NCBI RefSeq assembly: GCF_006345805.1
Contig: NW_021829192.1
Coordinates: 1-6,892 of the forward strand
Reading direction: 5' to 3'
Length of the DNA stretch: 6,892 nt
Origin: Octopus sinensis
Taxonomy: Eukaryota
The translations under genes and the position numbers were made by a program. How positions within the stretch are numbered: the first letter of the stretch is position 1; every line of letters starts with the position of its first letter. Below the pieces are notes generated by a model, which did not search any database, was not told where the DNA came from, and was given only the letters and a program-made list of their open reading frames with translations. Positions 6,110 to 6,892 of this stretch are shown here, one piece after another.

Positions 6110-6494
6110 TTGGAGGCGCAATGGCCCAGTGGTTAGAGCAGCGGACTCGCGGTCATAGGATCGCAGTTTTCGATTCCCAGACCGGGCGTTGTGAGTGTTT
6201 ATTGAGTGAAAACACCTAAAGGTCCATGAGGCTCCGGCAGGGGATGGTGGTGATCCCTGCTGTACGCTTTCCCCAAAACTTTCTCTCTCTTTCTTCCTGT
6301 TTCTGTTGTACCTGTATTTCAAAGGGCCGGCCTTGTTACTCTCTGTGTCACGCCGAATATCCCCGAGAACTACGTTAAGGGTACACGTGTCTGTGGAGTG
6401 CTCAGCCACTTACACGTTAATTTCACGAGCAGGCTGTTCCGTTGATCGGATCAACCGGAACCCCCGTCGTCGTAACCGCCGGAATGCTAAGAAG
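6110..6494 (+). mobile_element. Full-length tRNA-derived SINE with 13-bp target-site duplication
   Basis: A box TGGCCCAGTGG 6122-6132; B-box-like TTTCGATTCC 6168-6177; internal CT-rich tract; 3' hairpin 6437-6460; flanks ACTTGTCACCATC (6097-6109) and ACTTGTCACCCTC (6495-6507), 12/13 identical. Confidence 0.88.
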
Positions 6495-6655
6495 ACTTGT
6501 CACCCTCAATAATTCCAGTTGCAAGAACAAAAAACACCCTGTTAACTCTGTAAAGTGTTCAGTATTATGAAGAGCATCTATTCACAGAAACCATACAAAA
6601 GCCAGTTCTAGAGCTTAACACAGCCTTACAATTCAAAACCTGTCAAAACCTCCAG

Positions 6656-6675
6656 TTCATAGGAATTCATAGGAA
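6656..6675. repeat. Exact 10-bp tandem duplication TTCATAGGAA x2
   Basis: Direct reading. Confidence 0.9.
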
Positions 6676-6732
6676 ACAGATGTTGAGTAATCATGGTGAT
6701 AATGATAAACACACGTAAACATCTATATGGAT

Positions 6733-6764
6733 ACACACACACATATGTAAATATGTGTGTGTGT
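6733..6764. repeat. Perfect 14-bp inverted repeat from (CA)n/(TG)n microsatellite
   Basis: ACACACACACATAT-GTAA-ATATGTGTGTGTGT. Confidence 0.9.
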
Positions 6765-6892
6765 GTGATCACATATCATTGAGGAACTATAATCTATGAT
6801 GGAACAAAAGTTATTGAAACTTAGAGGTATTTTTTAATCCACAATGCACTTTGAAACAGATAAGGTAAAGCCATAAAAAAAGAGGGCTGTAC

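Noticed and set aside
6112-6190. Functional tRNA gene
   Set aside because: Degenerate T-arm and acceptor pairing; it continues into a SINE body bounded by a TSD.
6095-6512. Track ORFs 6095-6409 and 6306-6512
   Set aside because: They lie essentially within the SINE; no protein features.
6564-6690. Possible host exon (stop-free frame YYEEHLFTET… after TTCAG)
   Set aside because: Weak polypyrimidine tract and donor, no recognisable homology; a ~50-codon open frame is expected by chance.

Overview
Eukaryotic non-genic DNA made almost entirely of nested retroelements. The repeat families resemble ones I recall from cephalopod (octopus-type) genomes; that assignment is inference. No host gene is supported. 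Left to right: a G-poor low-complexity tract (1-330); a decayed tRNA/CORE-type SINE (~400-690, +); a ~590-bp segment between two (TA)n arrays holding two divergently oriented type I hammerhead ribozyme motifs (830-864 on -, 1186-1280 on +), as expected of Penelope-like/retrozyme remnants; a SINE head (1350-1422, +); a C-terminal relic of a restriction-like-endonuclease LINE (~1425-1592, -); a short 5'-truncated RTE-clade LINE (1595-2419, -); a 3.4-kb 5'-truncated RTE-clade LINE (2516-~5930, -) encoding APE-RT with a C4HC3 PHD finger inserted inside the RT and a composite 3' UTR; and a complete tRNA-derived SINE with a target-site duplication (6110-6494, +). The strongest leads are the PHD finger in the RT, the hammerhead motifs, the composite LINE 3' end, and a lesion pattern (eight -1 deletions, no nonsense codons) suggesting the long LINE may be younger than it looks. 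None can be called undescribed without database searches.
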